Shown: one piece after another, positions 1-11,272 of the stretch
How the letters are laid out: each line of letters opens with the position of its first letter
Numbering within the stretch: position 1 is the first letter of the stretch
The notes under the pieces: model-generated
Told to the model about the DNA's origin: nothing
The model's database searches: none
The model's input: the letters and a program-made list of their open reading frames with translations, nothing else
Translations under genes and position numbers: made by a program
DNA from: Mobula hypostoma
Taxonomy: Eukaryota
Assembly (NCBI RefSeq): GCF_963921235.1
Contig: NC_086097.1
Coordinates: 144,028,001 to 144,092,000, forward strand
DNA: 64,000 nucleotides
Reading direction: 5' to 3'

Positions 1-1284
1 GATCATTCACGTAAAATATAATAATGGTTCTCCAGGATTAAGGTTTCTGTACACTGTAAATGCCTGTTCTGATCTGAGCCACTACTGCTCTCTGCTGGCT
101 AATAGTTTACTGTCAGTTTGGCTGACTGCTGACGTGAATAAAACACATTCCTTTGCACTTCCTACATTTAAAGCAGCAGCCATTTTCTGAACCATAAGAG
201 TCCACAGGAAGCAGTAATCTGATATAATAGAAAACCAGAATGCAATTTGTTTAGCAGCAGATAAACACCAAACTGCTGGGAGGTGAGGCGATAGTCAACA
301 TTTCAGGCCAAGGCCCTTTGCTCCTACAGGTACTGCTGGAGCTTGTTTTTTTCTTGCTCCAGATTCCAGCGTCTGCGGTCTCTTGTCATTCTGCAATGTT
401 GCTTTGCTGGTTGAGACCAGACTGGCACTTGGGAAATTCATTCCAATTGTTCAGAGACATACCATTCATCTCTCAGTGCAATTTTACAGCATTATCTATT
501 TCTGCCTTGATTCACTTAATATCCTCAAATCTATTAATTTCAACTCTGAATAATCTTGGTGACTGAGTCTCCCCAGCCCTCCATGGGAGAGAATTCTAAA
601 GGCTCTTCATCCCCTGCATGAATTTTATTCTTTTAATTTCTGTTCTAAGCAGCCCTCTGTTCTGAAACTGTGACTCTTCATTCTAGGCTCCTCAGCTGGG
701 GGAATCATCCCCCAGCACTGACTTCGTTGCATCTTCTAATAACTGAGATCACCACTCGATCTCTATTCATAAAAGGCAGGTCTACTTCAATGGCAAGACC
801 AGTCCCAAGAACCGGTGTGGTGAGTCCTCACAGCACTCCCTCTGTTGGCATGTACGTCCTTTTCAAGGTAAGTTTCAAGATTGTTCAATATCTCTTCCAG
901 TGTGAAGGAGGACAGAATAATCGTTACCCTAGATCTGATGCAACACAAAACAAAACCACAATAAGATAAAGAACACAATAATTGAAAAAAAAATCACAAT
1001 AAATGTTGTGGTGCTCCGGGGCCGCGTCCCTAGCTCGCCCCAGCATTCCCAGTGGCCAGTGTCACTTATTGTTCTTGTTTTAAAATGTGTTCGTGGGATT
1101 ATGGTGGAATGTTCAAGTTCATTTATTGTTACACTTTACGCACAGATTATACAGTTATTCGCTTGTGTGTTTGTGGGTCACCCTAACTGCAACTGGGGTG
1201 TGTAATAATCACCTCCCCCATCTGTATGTGACTGAGTGGGTTCTCTCCCCAGGCCATAGTGCCCGCAATGTTATTGTGCTGGTT

Positions 1285-1396
1285 TTATGTACATATGAGT
1301 GAGCATTTGGTCCACAATGACAGACGAGATAAGTGGAGATAAACAAGCTTATCTCGTCTGTCATTGTGGACCAAATGCTCACTCATATATACATAA
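1285..1396. repeat. Long inverted repeat: 41-bp perfect arms (1293-1333 / 1348-1388), 14-nt spacer, extendable to 49 bp with 1 mismatch
   Basis: ATATGAGTGAGCATTTGGTCCACAATGACAGACGAGATAAG is the exact reverse complement of CTTATCTCGTCTGTCATTGTGGACCAAATGCTCACTCATAT. Confidence 0.95.
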
Positions 1397-1610
1397 GATA
1401 GCATGTATACAGAGATTGCATGTATGTGCAGAAAGTGACGCTAGGCACAGGAGTGCTTGTACATAAAGTGACTCTGACAGGAAACGATGAAGAGGTGGTG
1501 GAGGGGCTGTGAAGGGGTGGGTTAACGGAAGGAGGTGGCGATCAGCCTTACTGCTTGCGGAAAGTAACTGTTTTTAAGGCTGGTGGTCCTGGCAAGGTCT
1601 GTTCCCTGAT
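1390..1610 (-). mobile_element. Short 3' fragment of a Rex/Babar-type LINE
   Basis: Minus-strand translation ends ...RTTSLKNSYFPQAVRL, the typical C-terminus of Rex1/Babar ORF2. Confidence 0.55.
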
Positions 1611-2124
1611 GGGAGTGGGACAGTCTATGGGCAGGCTTGGTGGGATCCTTCAAGACGTTAATGACCTTGAGAACTTCAAGTTCATTAAACACACAGAAGT
1701 GGTGAATAAAGCCCACCATTTCACAAAAATACCCATCACCTTCCCCAGCAGACACCTGTTTACTATTTCAGAAATAATTTCAGACCTCAGAATCCAAAGA
1801 ACTGGAGTGACAAATTATCCTAAATATAATAATTAATTCTTAAAATGGCAATGCATTGACCCAAGAAATGTAAGGAGACAAGAGTGTTTCAGACGCAGGC
1901 AATCAAATATGAATTTGTTACATTATCTCTCAGTTGGAAGACTGTGACGCAGAGGAGGTTTTATCATGATGGAGAGTGGGGACTAGCAACTTCTGTGAGA
2001 AGGGTTAAAATCGTGGTCAGGTGTTTCTCACAAAATGGTGTTTATAATTGCATGTCTGGGATCTTCCTGTCATCGCTCAGCAGTTTAAGATGCTAAATAA
2101 ATATGTAAAGCATTATTATAGCTC

Positions 2125-4050
2125 AAGGTTCAAAGTAAATTTATTATAATATCATCATATACAACCTTGTGGGCATTTTCTTGTGGGCGTACTCAGTAAA
2201 TCCAATAACCATAACAGGATCAACGAAAGACCACACCAACCGGGTGGAGAAGCAATGTTCAGAAAGCCAATGAACTGTGAATATTCAAAAGGAATAAATA
2301 AATAAGCAATAAATATTGAGAGCATGAGATGAAGGGTCCTTGAAAGTGAGTCCATTGGTAATGGGAACAGTTCAGTAATGGGGCAAGTGAAGTTATCCCC
2401 TCTGCTTCAGGAGCCTGATGGTTGAGAGGTAACTATTCCTGAACCTGGTTGTGCGAGCCCCGGGGCTCCTGTATCTTCTTCCCGATGGCAACAGTGAGAG
2501 GAGAGCATGACCTGGGTGGTGGGGGTCCCTGATGATGGAGCCTGCTTTCCTGTGGCAATGGTCCCTGTTGATGCGCTCAGTGGTGGGGAGGGCTTTACCC
2601 ATGATGGACTGGGCCGTATCCACTACTTTTTGTAGGATTTTCCCTTCAAGGACATTGGTGTTTCCAAACCAGGCTGTGATACAACTAGTCAATATACTCT
2701 CCACCACACATCTATAGAAGTTAGTCAAAGTTATAGATGTCATGCCAAATCTTCACAAGCTCCAAATGAAGCAGAGCCACTGCTGTGCTTTCTTCATAAT
2801 TGCACTTACAGGATGAACCCAGGACAGATCCTCTGAACTGATAACACCGAGGAATTTAAAGTTGCTGACCCTCTCCACCTCTGATCCCCCACCTCCGGTT
2901 TCCTCCTCCTGCCAGATTTTCACTCTCCCTCCTGTATGGTGATTCATCACTACCTTTGAGCCAGCCTACAACAGTGGTGTCATCAGCAAACTTAAATACG
3001 GCATTGGAGCTGTGCTTAGCCTCTCCGTTGTAAGTGTAGAGCAGGGGCGAAGCAGACGGCCTTGCGGGGCACTGGTGCTAATTGTGGAGGAGTTGTTGTT
3101 GCCAGGCCAAGCTGACTACAAGTGAGGAAATCCAAGAATCAATTGCACAATAACATACTGATGTCTAGGTCTTGGACCTTACTGATTATTTTTGATGGGA
3201 TGATGGTATTGAATGGCAAGTTTAGTCGATAAAGAACATCCTGATGTATGCACCTTTGCCGTCCACATGTTCCAGTGTTGAGTGAAGAGCAAATTAAATG
3301 GCATCTGCTGTGGACCTGTTGCACTGGTAGTCAAACTGGAGCAGATCCAAGTTGCTTCTCAGGCAGGAGTTGACATGTTTCATCACCAACCTCTCAAAAT
3401 ACTTCATCACTGTAGATGTAAGTGCTACTGGATGATAGTCACTGAGGCAGGTCACCACACTCCTCTTAGACACCGGTATAATTGAAGCCTGCTCAAAGCA
3501 GATGAGTACCTCAGGCTGCTGAAGCGAGAGTTAAAGATCTCAAGAAACACACCAACCAGTTGATCAGCACAGTTCTTTAATACTCAGCCAGGTACCCCGT
3601 CTGGGCTGGATGCTCTCCATGGGTTCACCCAGTTAAAGGATGCTTTCACGTCAGCCTCAAAGACTGAATTACGTGATTACCAGGTCTGCTGGTTCATGAA
3701 GGTTCCTCCATGTTTTGGCAGTCGAAGAGAGCAGAGAAGGCATCGAGTTCATCAGGGAGTGAAGCCCTGTTGTCACCCATGTCGCCTGAAGGAAGTGAGA
3801 GCATTCAAGCCCTGCCACAGCTGTCGAGCATCCTTCAACGGGACAAGTTTGGTCCGGAATTGACACTTGGCTTGTGAGATGGCTTTCCCGAGATTGTACC
3901 TGGACCTTTTGTAACTTTGTTGGTCATCAGACTTGAATGCCTCCGATCTGGTCTTCAGTTGTTTGCGGATCTCATGGTTCATCCAGGGCTTCCAGTTGGG
4001 GAAGGCTCTGTATGATTTTGTGGGGACACTCTCATCTTCAACTGTTTTCT
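2125..4050 (-). mobile_element. Decayed Rex/Babar-type LINE (RT region and C-terminal domain remnants)
   Basis: ORF fragments LTNFYRCVVESILTSCITAWFGN...RTTRFRNSY, VERVSNFKFLGV and EIRKQLKTRSEAFKSDDQQSYKRSRYNLGKAI; many stops and frameshifts. Confidence 0.75.
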
Positions 4051-5394
4051 GGGCCTGCGGTCTAAGATTCAGCGGTCAGTGAAATGTAAAGTGTGGGGGG
4101 GGGATGTTAAATGGGGTATCCAAACGACTCCTCTGCTCTTCTGACATAGTGGCCTTAGATCTACATTCTCCATCTTGCCACATAACAATGGTGATTAACA
4201 TTGCTTTGGAAGAACACCAATCACTCACTTTCAGCCAGATATTGCCATTGGGAGCTAGTGACAATTACTGCACAAGCTGACCTTAGAGGCGTGACCCTCC
4301 CTCACCAGAGGATACAGAGGACAACTCAGCCCCTTCCTGTTACCCCTAATGGCCCAGTGACCGAGATGACTAGTACAACTAGTGTACGGCTATCTGAACC
4401 TGCGTCAAACCAGTGACTTCATTTTGTTCTGAGGACCTTGTGGTCGTTCACCTTGTCAATGTATTGTGGATTATTGATCGCTCTACTTAGATTGGTGCAG
4501 TTTTGCAACAATCAGTCCCCTTGGTGTCAGTCCTGATCCAATTGTTTGAATGAAAGCAGCAGTTTACTAACCAGAGATGTCTGAATGTCGGAGCTGAGGA
4601 AAACTGATCACACAAGACAAGAAGAGAAGGCGGCCATCTTTAGCCTGCCTGTCATTCAATATGATCATGGCTAATCTTCTTCATGGAGATGATCCTTGGC
4701 TTGTTCCTCTTCCTTCGACAGTAATCGAACTTGCAGCAAGTAGTGTCTGCAAGAATTAGCTAAGAGTAAACATGTTAAAGAGCTGGTGGTGTTTCGCAAT
4801 TAAAGAGAACAGTTAAAGAGCTTAGAAAAATAGAGGGCTATGGGTAAGCCTAGGCAGTTCTAAGGGAGGGACATGTTCGGTACAGCTTTGTGGGCCGAAG
4901 GGCCTGTATTGTGTTGTAGGTTTTCTATGTTTCCATCATCACGATAGGAGATTCTAAAGATCCCACATTTAAACTTTATCTTTCACAACCTCAAAATATT
5001 TCAAAAAGCAGTCACCAATGTTACATAAATAATGTTACATTCTAATTTCATACACTTTATTTATACAAGTACACAGGTGGGATATCTGGAATGACAGAAT
5101 AATCTGGAAATGATTGCAATTGCTTCAATAGGAAAAATAGATTTTGATTATCATGGGTTTAAATATAATGCAAATTGGCCTTCTGGTCTGGGGGCCAGTT
5201 ATGTACACTGTAACACCAGTACCACGACATGTACCGTGGGCAGGCACTACAGAAGCCTGAACTCTCATACCACCGAGTCCAAGTAAAGATACTTCCCCTC
5301 AGTTTCAGCCCGACTGTTTACTCTTTTCCTAGATGCTGCCTGGCCTGCTGAGTTTCTCCAGCATTGTGCGTGTTGCTTCCCCTCAACCATTAGG

Positions 5395-6305
5395 TTCCAG
5401 AGTGAACTGGCACAGCCCTCATCACTGCCCTGACTCCATCAAAATGATGACCAACTGTCTTGGTAACCTGTCCACTCTTGTCAAACTCCATGTTAAATCC
5501 CTTGGTGTGATATTTGATTCCACCTTTAAGTTTGACAAGCAAGTTAATGCAGTAGTAAAAGCCAGTTTTTTCCAGCTTTGTATTATTGACAAAATCAAGC
5601 TATTTCTCTCTTTCAAAGATCTCGAGAAAGTCGTCCACGGTCTTATATCTTCCCGCTTGGACTACTCCAACTCCCTATATACTGGGATTAGTCAGTCGTC
5701 CCTGTCCCGCCTGCAACTGGTCCAGAACGCCACAGCCAGGCTCCTGACAGGTGCCCGGAAGAGGGAACATATCACTCCTATCCTGGCCTCCCTCCACTAG
5801 CTGCCAGTACGGTTCAGAATTGTTTTTAAGATTCTCCTGTTTGTTTATAAAGCCCTAAATGGGCTGGCTCCCCCTTATATCACAGACCTTCTGACCCTTT
5901 ATTCTAATTCCAGGTCCCTCAGGTCGGCTGACTTGGGGCTCCTGGCTGTCTCGCGATCTAAATTTAAGTTCAGGGGTGACTGCGCCTTTGCTATTGTAGC
6001 CCGAGACTGTGGAACGGCATTCCCCTCCCTATCAGATCTGCCTCCTCCATCGACTCTTTTAAATCCAGGCTCAAATCTTACTTTTATTCACTAGCATTTG
6101 AATCCTCCTGATGTGGCTGATTTTTGGCTTGTGCCTAGGCCCTTGTGTTGTTTCTTCTGTGCCTATAAGCTGTTTGCCTTATTGGTTATATCTGTGTTTC
6201 TCATATTTGTAATTTTAGCTATTCTGCTCTGATCTGTACAGCACTTTGGTCAACGTGGGTTGTTTTTAAATGTGCTATATAAATAAATTTGATTTGACTT
6301 GACTG
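5395..6305 (+). mobile_element. 5'-truncated L2-clade LINE (ORF2 C-terminus and 3'UTR)
   Basis: VKSLGVIFDS...SRLDYSNSL...LQLVQNATARLL...HITPILASLH*LPV motifs; ends with AATAAA and a short (GACTT)-like tail. Confidence 0.85.
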
Positions 6306-6751
6306 CAGTTTAGCAACACTATGACCATTTTAATCTTTGCTTTGTTCTAATTGTTCTTGCTGATAAAAATTGTGTATAATTTATGTTTATTTTTTCTTGT
6401 GAATGCTGATTATCTAATGCTATGTGCCTAGGAATGCCATTGAAAGTAGTTTTTTTATTGCATCTGTGTATAAATATATTTGTACAAATGACAATGAACT
6501 CTGACATTCACTCTCTCATTTCCGTTGTTGCACAGTGTCAATAAAAACACACGTTTGTGTTCAAGACCTTATGATAAGAGAAATGTATTTATCTTTAGTA
6601 CCAAAACTCGATTACCAAAATAGCTGTGATAAGAAAACAAAGTGTTGGGAACTCTTGACATGTATGGAAAGAGGGCAAAATACTTTTTTTCTGGTCAATG
6701 GTCATTTTAATTTGCAAAACTTTTACTTTTGCTCACGATGTTTATCGGCTT

Positions 6752-6828
6752 ACCAACTGTCTTGGTAACCTGTCCACCCTTTTCAAACCCCATGTTAAAT
6801 CCCTTGGTGTGATATTTGATTCCACCTT
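6752..6828 (+). repeat. 77-bp internal copy of the L2 segment at 5450-5526
   Basis: Direct repeat with 3 mismatches. Confidence 0.9.
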
Positions 6829-6914
6829 AGGGTCTGAAACAAAGAGAGAAAATGCAGAAAATTTTCAGCAGCGGCCCAATTCAATCTGGCTTCACTGTAT
6901 CTCAGCCTGCTGGA

Positions 6915-7300
6915 CATTTGCGATGCAGCAGGGGGCGCCAGAGGGCCCAACCACACCCCTAACAAACATGGCGCCTAGTGTTTTCTAAGCGGACGCCTAT
7001 TTCCCTGTAGGAAGATGGTGGCATCAAATCGTCATCCAACTGCGTCGGAAGTGTGAAGGGCTAAAGGAAGTGGGAGCTGTTCCGTTCGGAGCCGGGGTGT
7101 TCGTGCGGCGGCAAGATGATGGGTTCGGCCCGGGGTGGTGTCCGCGGGGGACAGGATCAGTTCACCTGGGAGGACGTGAAAGCGGATAAACATCGTGAGA
7201 ATTACTTGGGTGAGCAGGGACTGTCCGGTGGGGTGCGGGAGGGAGAGGGCCCGGGGAGACTCTTGTCGGTTGGGGAGAAGGGGGAGGCGGGCGGGGAGCT
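6915..7300 (+). promoter_or_regulatory. CpG-island promoter of C1orf35 with CTCF-like (6925-6938), YY1-like (ACATGGCG, about 6968) and ETS (CGGAAGTG, about 7046) motifs
   Basis: Local CpG/GC enrichment around the first coding exon; GCAGCAGGGGGCGC matches the CTCF core. Confidence 0.7.
7116..7209 (+). CDS. C1orf35: Multiple myeloma tumor-associated protein 2 homolog, coding exon 1
   Basis: MMGSARGGVRGGQDQFTWEDVKADKHRENYL matches the MMTAG2 N-terminus; donor G|GTGAG. Confidence 0.95.
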
Positions 7301-7723
7301 ATTTAGGGTCAGGGAAGGTGAGCAGGGGTACTTGTTGGGTCCAGGAGACCTGGGGTGATTGGAGAGAGGGGTGAGAAGAGGGAGTGTGAGGTCAAATCAT
7401 GAGAGTGCAATTTTCATTTAGTTATTTACTCTGCTGGTATTAGCTGCCATGTACCATTGAGTTATATTGAGAAGCAATCCAAGAACACACGCACAGAAAT
7501 AATGTTGATTTGAAATTCTCGTTTGCCTTTTCCAGGTGATTATTGACTTGGGGAAAATTAGTATTCAGCCTGGGTATTTGCGTAGTTTATAGTACAGTAC
7601 ACTAACTGGAGCACAAGGCTATGGAAGTGCAGTGATTTTTGTCGTCCAACAGTCCATGTGCTTGAAGTAGTCTTGTGATAGTTGATCTATATAAATTCGT
7701 GCCTTGTTATTGATTACACATAG

Positions 7724-7874
7724 GAAACTCGCTCATGGCACCAGTTGGACGATGGCAGAAAGGGAGGGACTTAACCTGGTACACTAAGGAAAAGAAAACC
7801 GAGGGGAAGCAATCTCGCGAAGAGGAGTTGATGGCTGTTCGGAAAGCTGAGCAGGAAGCCCTCATGGCAGCACT
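7724..7874 (+). CDS. C1orf35: MMTAG2 coding exon 2
   Basis: TAG| acceptor; [50 protein letters not shown]; donor CT|GTGAGT. Confidence 0.95.
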
Positions 7875-10084
7875 GTGAGTTGAGAAATTATGTATTCCTT
7901 CCTGCTTTATCTCCCTCCCTCTTCCAAAAGCTTGTGCTAAATTCCTGGGACTGTGTTTGCCTTCCAAAGGATACCACCAATCAGCTGCTTTTTCCTGGCC
8001 CCATGGTGGGACACTTGCCAACTCGGCAAATCGGGAAAGGGTTCCAGGATGCTTGTGGTCCTCATGGAGCTCAGCGTTAGGCAGATTGAGGTCCTGACCA
8101 TGGGGTGACTGCAGAGTGAGCCCTTCCAAAAAGGAGTAACTGGGATTTGTATTTTCGATTATATGTAGTTTTTTTTTTGCAGGATTGTATTCAAAGCACT
8201 GTCAGTGATATATCAAAGGTAAATCTGGAGGAGTAAGGGAGGTACAGATACAGTATTATGTGGTTTCTGAACATTTTTACACATTTCATGTTTACCAAAA
8301 AATAGATAATGTGTGCATTTGCACATTTTGCAAGTGATTCTGCACAGTTACTCATATCTAATAATGGTAAGTGTAGATTATATACATCTGGATTCCAAAG
8401 TGGCAACTTGTCGGATGTGTTAATGTATTAGCCTCACAGTGGTTTAGGGATTAAGGCTGTTTTGACATGCTCTCAGTTTCATATTTTCACCAAGATGCTT
8501 CGTCTTATTTGGAGCCCCGAAAATTTGCTATGCTGACGTTTCTATGATGGTATTCTTATGAAGTCAGTGTAGTCTCTCTAATTTGTGCATGAACTGGAGA
8601 TGTAACTCATAATTCAACATAGTCAATAGTCACAGAGCCTTGTTTGGAGAATGGCTAGTATTAAATAAAAAACAGAATGTGGTTAAGTCCCATCTTAGGA
8701 AAGGGTATTGGAGTTTAAGGAAAGCAAAACAGTGGATATTTCAGATTGAAACCTGATTTCACAACCTGGGTTTTTCCTCTAAATTGCTTATATTGCAAAG
8801 AGGACATTTGGCCCTTTGGGTGCAGGTTGTGTCCCAATGGAGGAATCCCATTAGTCACATTTCCCACCCTTTTTTACTACAACTCTGCACAAATTTTCGC
8901 CCTCACTGCCCAGTTTGAAGGGAAATGATAGCAAGTGGGAGATTCTTAAGAGTGGAATAGCAAGCGTACAGGAACAGGTGAAGGGTAAACCTGGCAAGTT
9001 CGGAGAATAACACAAGAGACTGGAGTAACTCAGTAGGTCAGGAAGCATCTACAGAGGGACATAAACAATCAGGGTTTCAGGCTACGACCCTTCTCAGGCT
9101 TAACCTGCTGAGCTCCGCCATTGTTTTGTGTTTTGCTCAAGATTTCCAGCATCTGTAGAATCTTTTTGATTTGTATGTTTGGGAAACCTCTGCTGATGAG
9201 TGAAATTGAGGCTGTTGTCAAGGATAAGCAGGGAACTTGCATCGGGTTTAGGAGTTGGGGTCAGTTGAAACTCTTCATGACTATAAATGAATTAAGAGAT
9301 GAGGGCAAAGAGACTGTAAGGTGCATCTATTGGGTAGGGTTAAAGAAAATCTTAAGAAGGCCTGTTAGGGAGTATTCTAGAGTTATGTGAATATAGAAGA
9401 TATTAATTCAAACAAGAACCACTCTTCAGTTCTGTAAATGGACATAAATTCAAGAAGCTTACAATTACCTTTCATTTTATTTGTAAATTGCAAGCAATAA
9501 ATTGAAGTTAGAAGAACAGGCTAAGAGATTGCATGTGTAAGAGCCAAATGGGAGTTGTATTAATTCACTTGCACCAAACCAGGCAACACTGCACCATTGT
9601 GACTTGAGTGCAAGCTGACAGACCAGATGATGATGTCACTTAGCATATCAAACGTGGTCACAGTGATAGACAATCAATAGTTTTTGTGTAATTATCATAT
9701 TAGTGTTCTCAGAGACAACCCTGACAGCACTAATTTTGGGTGTCTGCTGCTCTGTTGTCAAAAGGTTTTAGAATATTTGTGTTAATTAGTTTCTCACGAA
9801 GGTATTTGAACCTTTGGAGGTGTCTTATCAATTACAATGTGCTTCCCCAGTGTATCTCAAAGGAACCACTTGTCAACCCAAAGTATTGAAGTAACCAATG
9901 TCATTGTAACTATTGAAATTGTATTGAGTCATCTACTGTTACCTCTGATCTTAACGGTATAAAATGTGAGGTACCTTTAGGTTTGTGAGCCTCTACCAAG
10001 TATGTCAACAGAATTATCTCGTCTTGTAATGAATAGTGATTTCTGTTTCACCAGCTTCAGTGTCCCTCCGGTGACTTTGTTCAG

Positions 10085-11272
10085 TCACAACGAGATCTAT
10101 AGCTATGTTAAGGGTAAAAGAGTGGCTAGGGAGAGAATCGGTCCTTTGTAGAGATCAGCAGGGCTGCCTATGTCTTGAAGTGAAGGAGATCATGTTGTTC
10201 CACTAATGCTCTGTGGTTTATGGGTAGTGAGGTCAACCCATGGAATTAAAGACCATTGATGCAAGTAATAGGGAAGATGCTGGAGGGAATTCTGAGAGAC
10301 AGGATCTACCAATATTTGGATAGACAAAGTCTGATTAGGAGGAGTCAGCATGGCTTTGTGTGTGGCAAGTTGTGCTTGAAGAATCTTTCAGTTTTTTGAA
10401 GAGGTAACTAAAATGTAGATGAGGCTTCGGCAGTGGATGTTGTCTGTGAACTTTAGCAAGGCTTCAGCCAAGGTCCTGCTTGGTAGGCTGGTCTGGAGTG
10501 TTATGGTAGGTGTTATGGAGTCCAAAGTGAGCTAGTGGGGTGGATTCAGAATTGGCTGTGAGGTAGGAATCAGAGGGTAGTGGTTAGATGTTGTTCATTG
10601 GAATGGAGGCTGTTGACTAGTGGTGTACCACAGGGGCTAGTGTTGGGAACCTTGTTATATATTTAAATAATGAGTTTGATGCAAATATACAATGCTTGAG
10701 TAGTAAATTTACAGATGAAACAAAGTTGGATGTTGATAGTGAAAAGAGGTTATTATAGATTACAAGGTTACCTTTAACAGTTAAAGAAGTAGGCTGAGGG
10801 GATTTCAATGAAGATAGAAGCAAAAGTACATAGTTCATTGAAAGTTGCATCACAGGGCAGTGAAAAAGGCATTTAGCTTCCCGGCCTTGAGTCCAGACAT
10901 TGAGTATAGGAGTTGGGACATATTGCAGGTGGATAGGTCCATGGTGAGGCTGCACTTGAAGTACTGTACACAGTTTTGTCTCCCTGCTACAGGAAAGATG
11001 TAGTTAAACCAGAAAGAATGCAGAAAAGGTTTGTAAGGACGTTGTCAGAGCTAGAGGGCCTGTGCAGGGAGAAGTTGGTTAGACCTGGTCTTTGTTCCTT
11101 GGCACATAGTAGAATGAGGTAAACCTGTTGGAAGTGTTTAAATATATGAGACATAGACAAAGGACACGGTAACAGTTTTTTTTGGGATAAGGGGGTCCAA
11201 AACTGGGGGGGGGGCATGGATTTAGGGTTAGAGGGACCAGAGGGAAAACCTTTTCACCCGGGGGGTAGTGAG
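10085..11272 (+). mobile_element. Decayed CR1 LINE (RT to 3' region), split by the Gypsy insertion and resuming at 15216-15400
   Basis: CR1-type segments such as AGTCAGCATGGCTTTGTG, AGTGGTGTACCACAGGG and AAATTTACAGATGA; the CR1 3' sequence continues after the GTGAG duplication. Confidence 0.75.

Noticed and set aside
7116..7358. 80-aa single-exon ORF in the ORF track
   Set aside because: Homology ends at the donor at 7209/7210; the rest is intron read-through.
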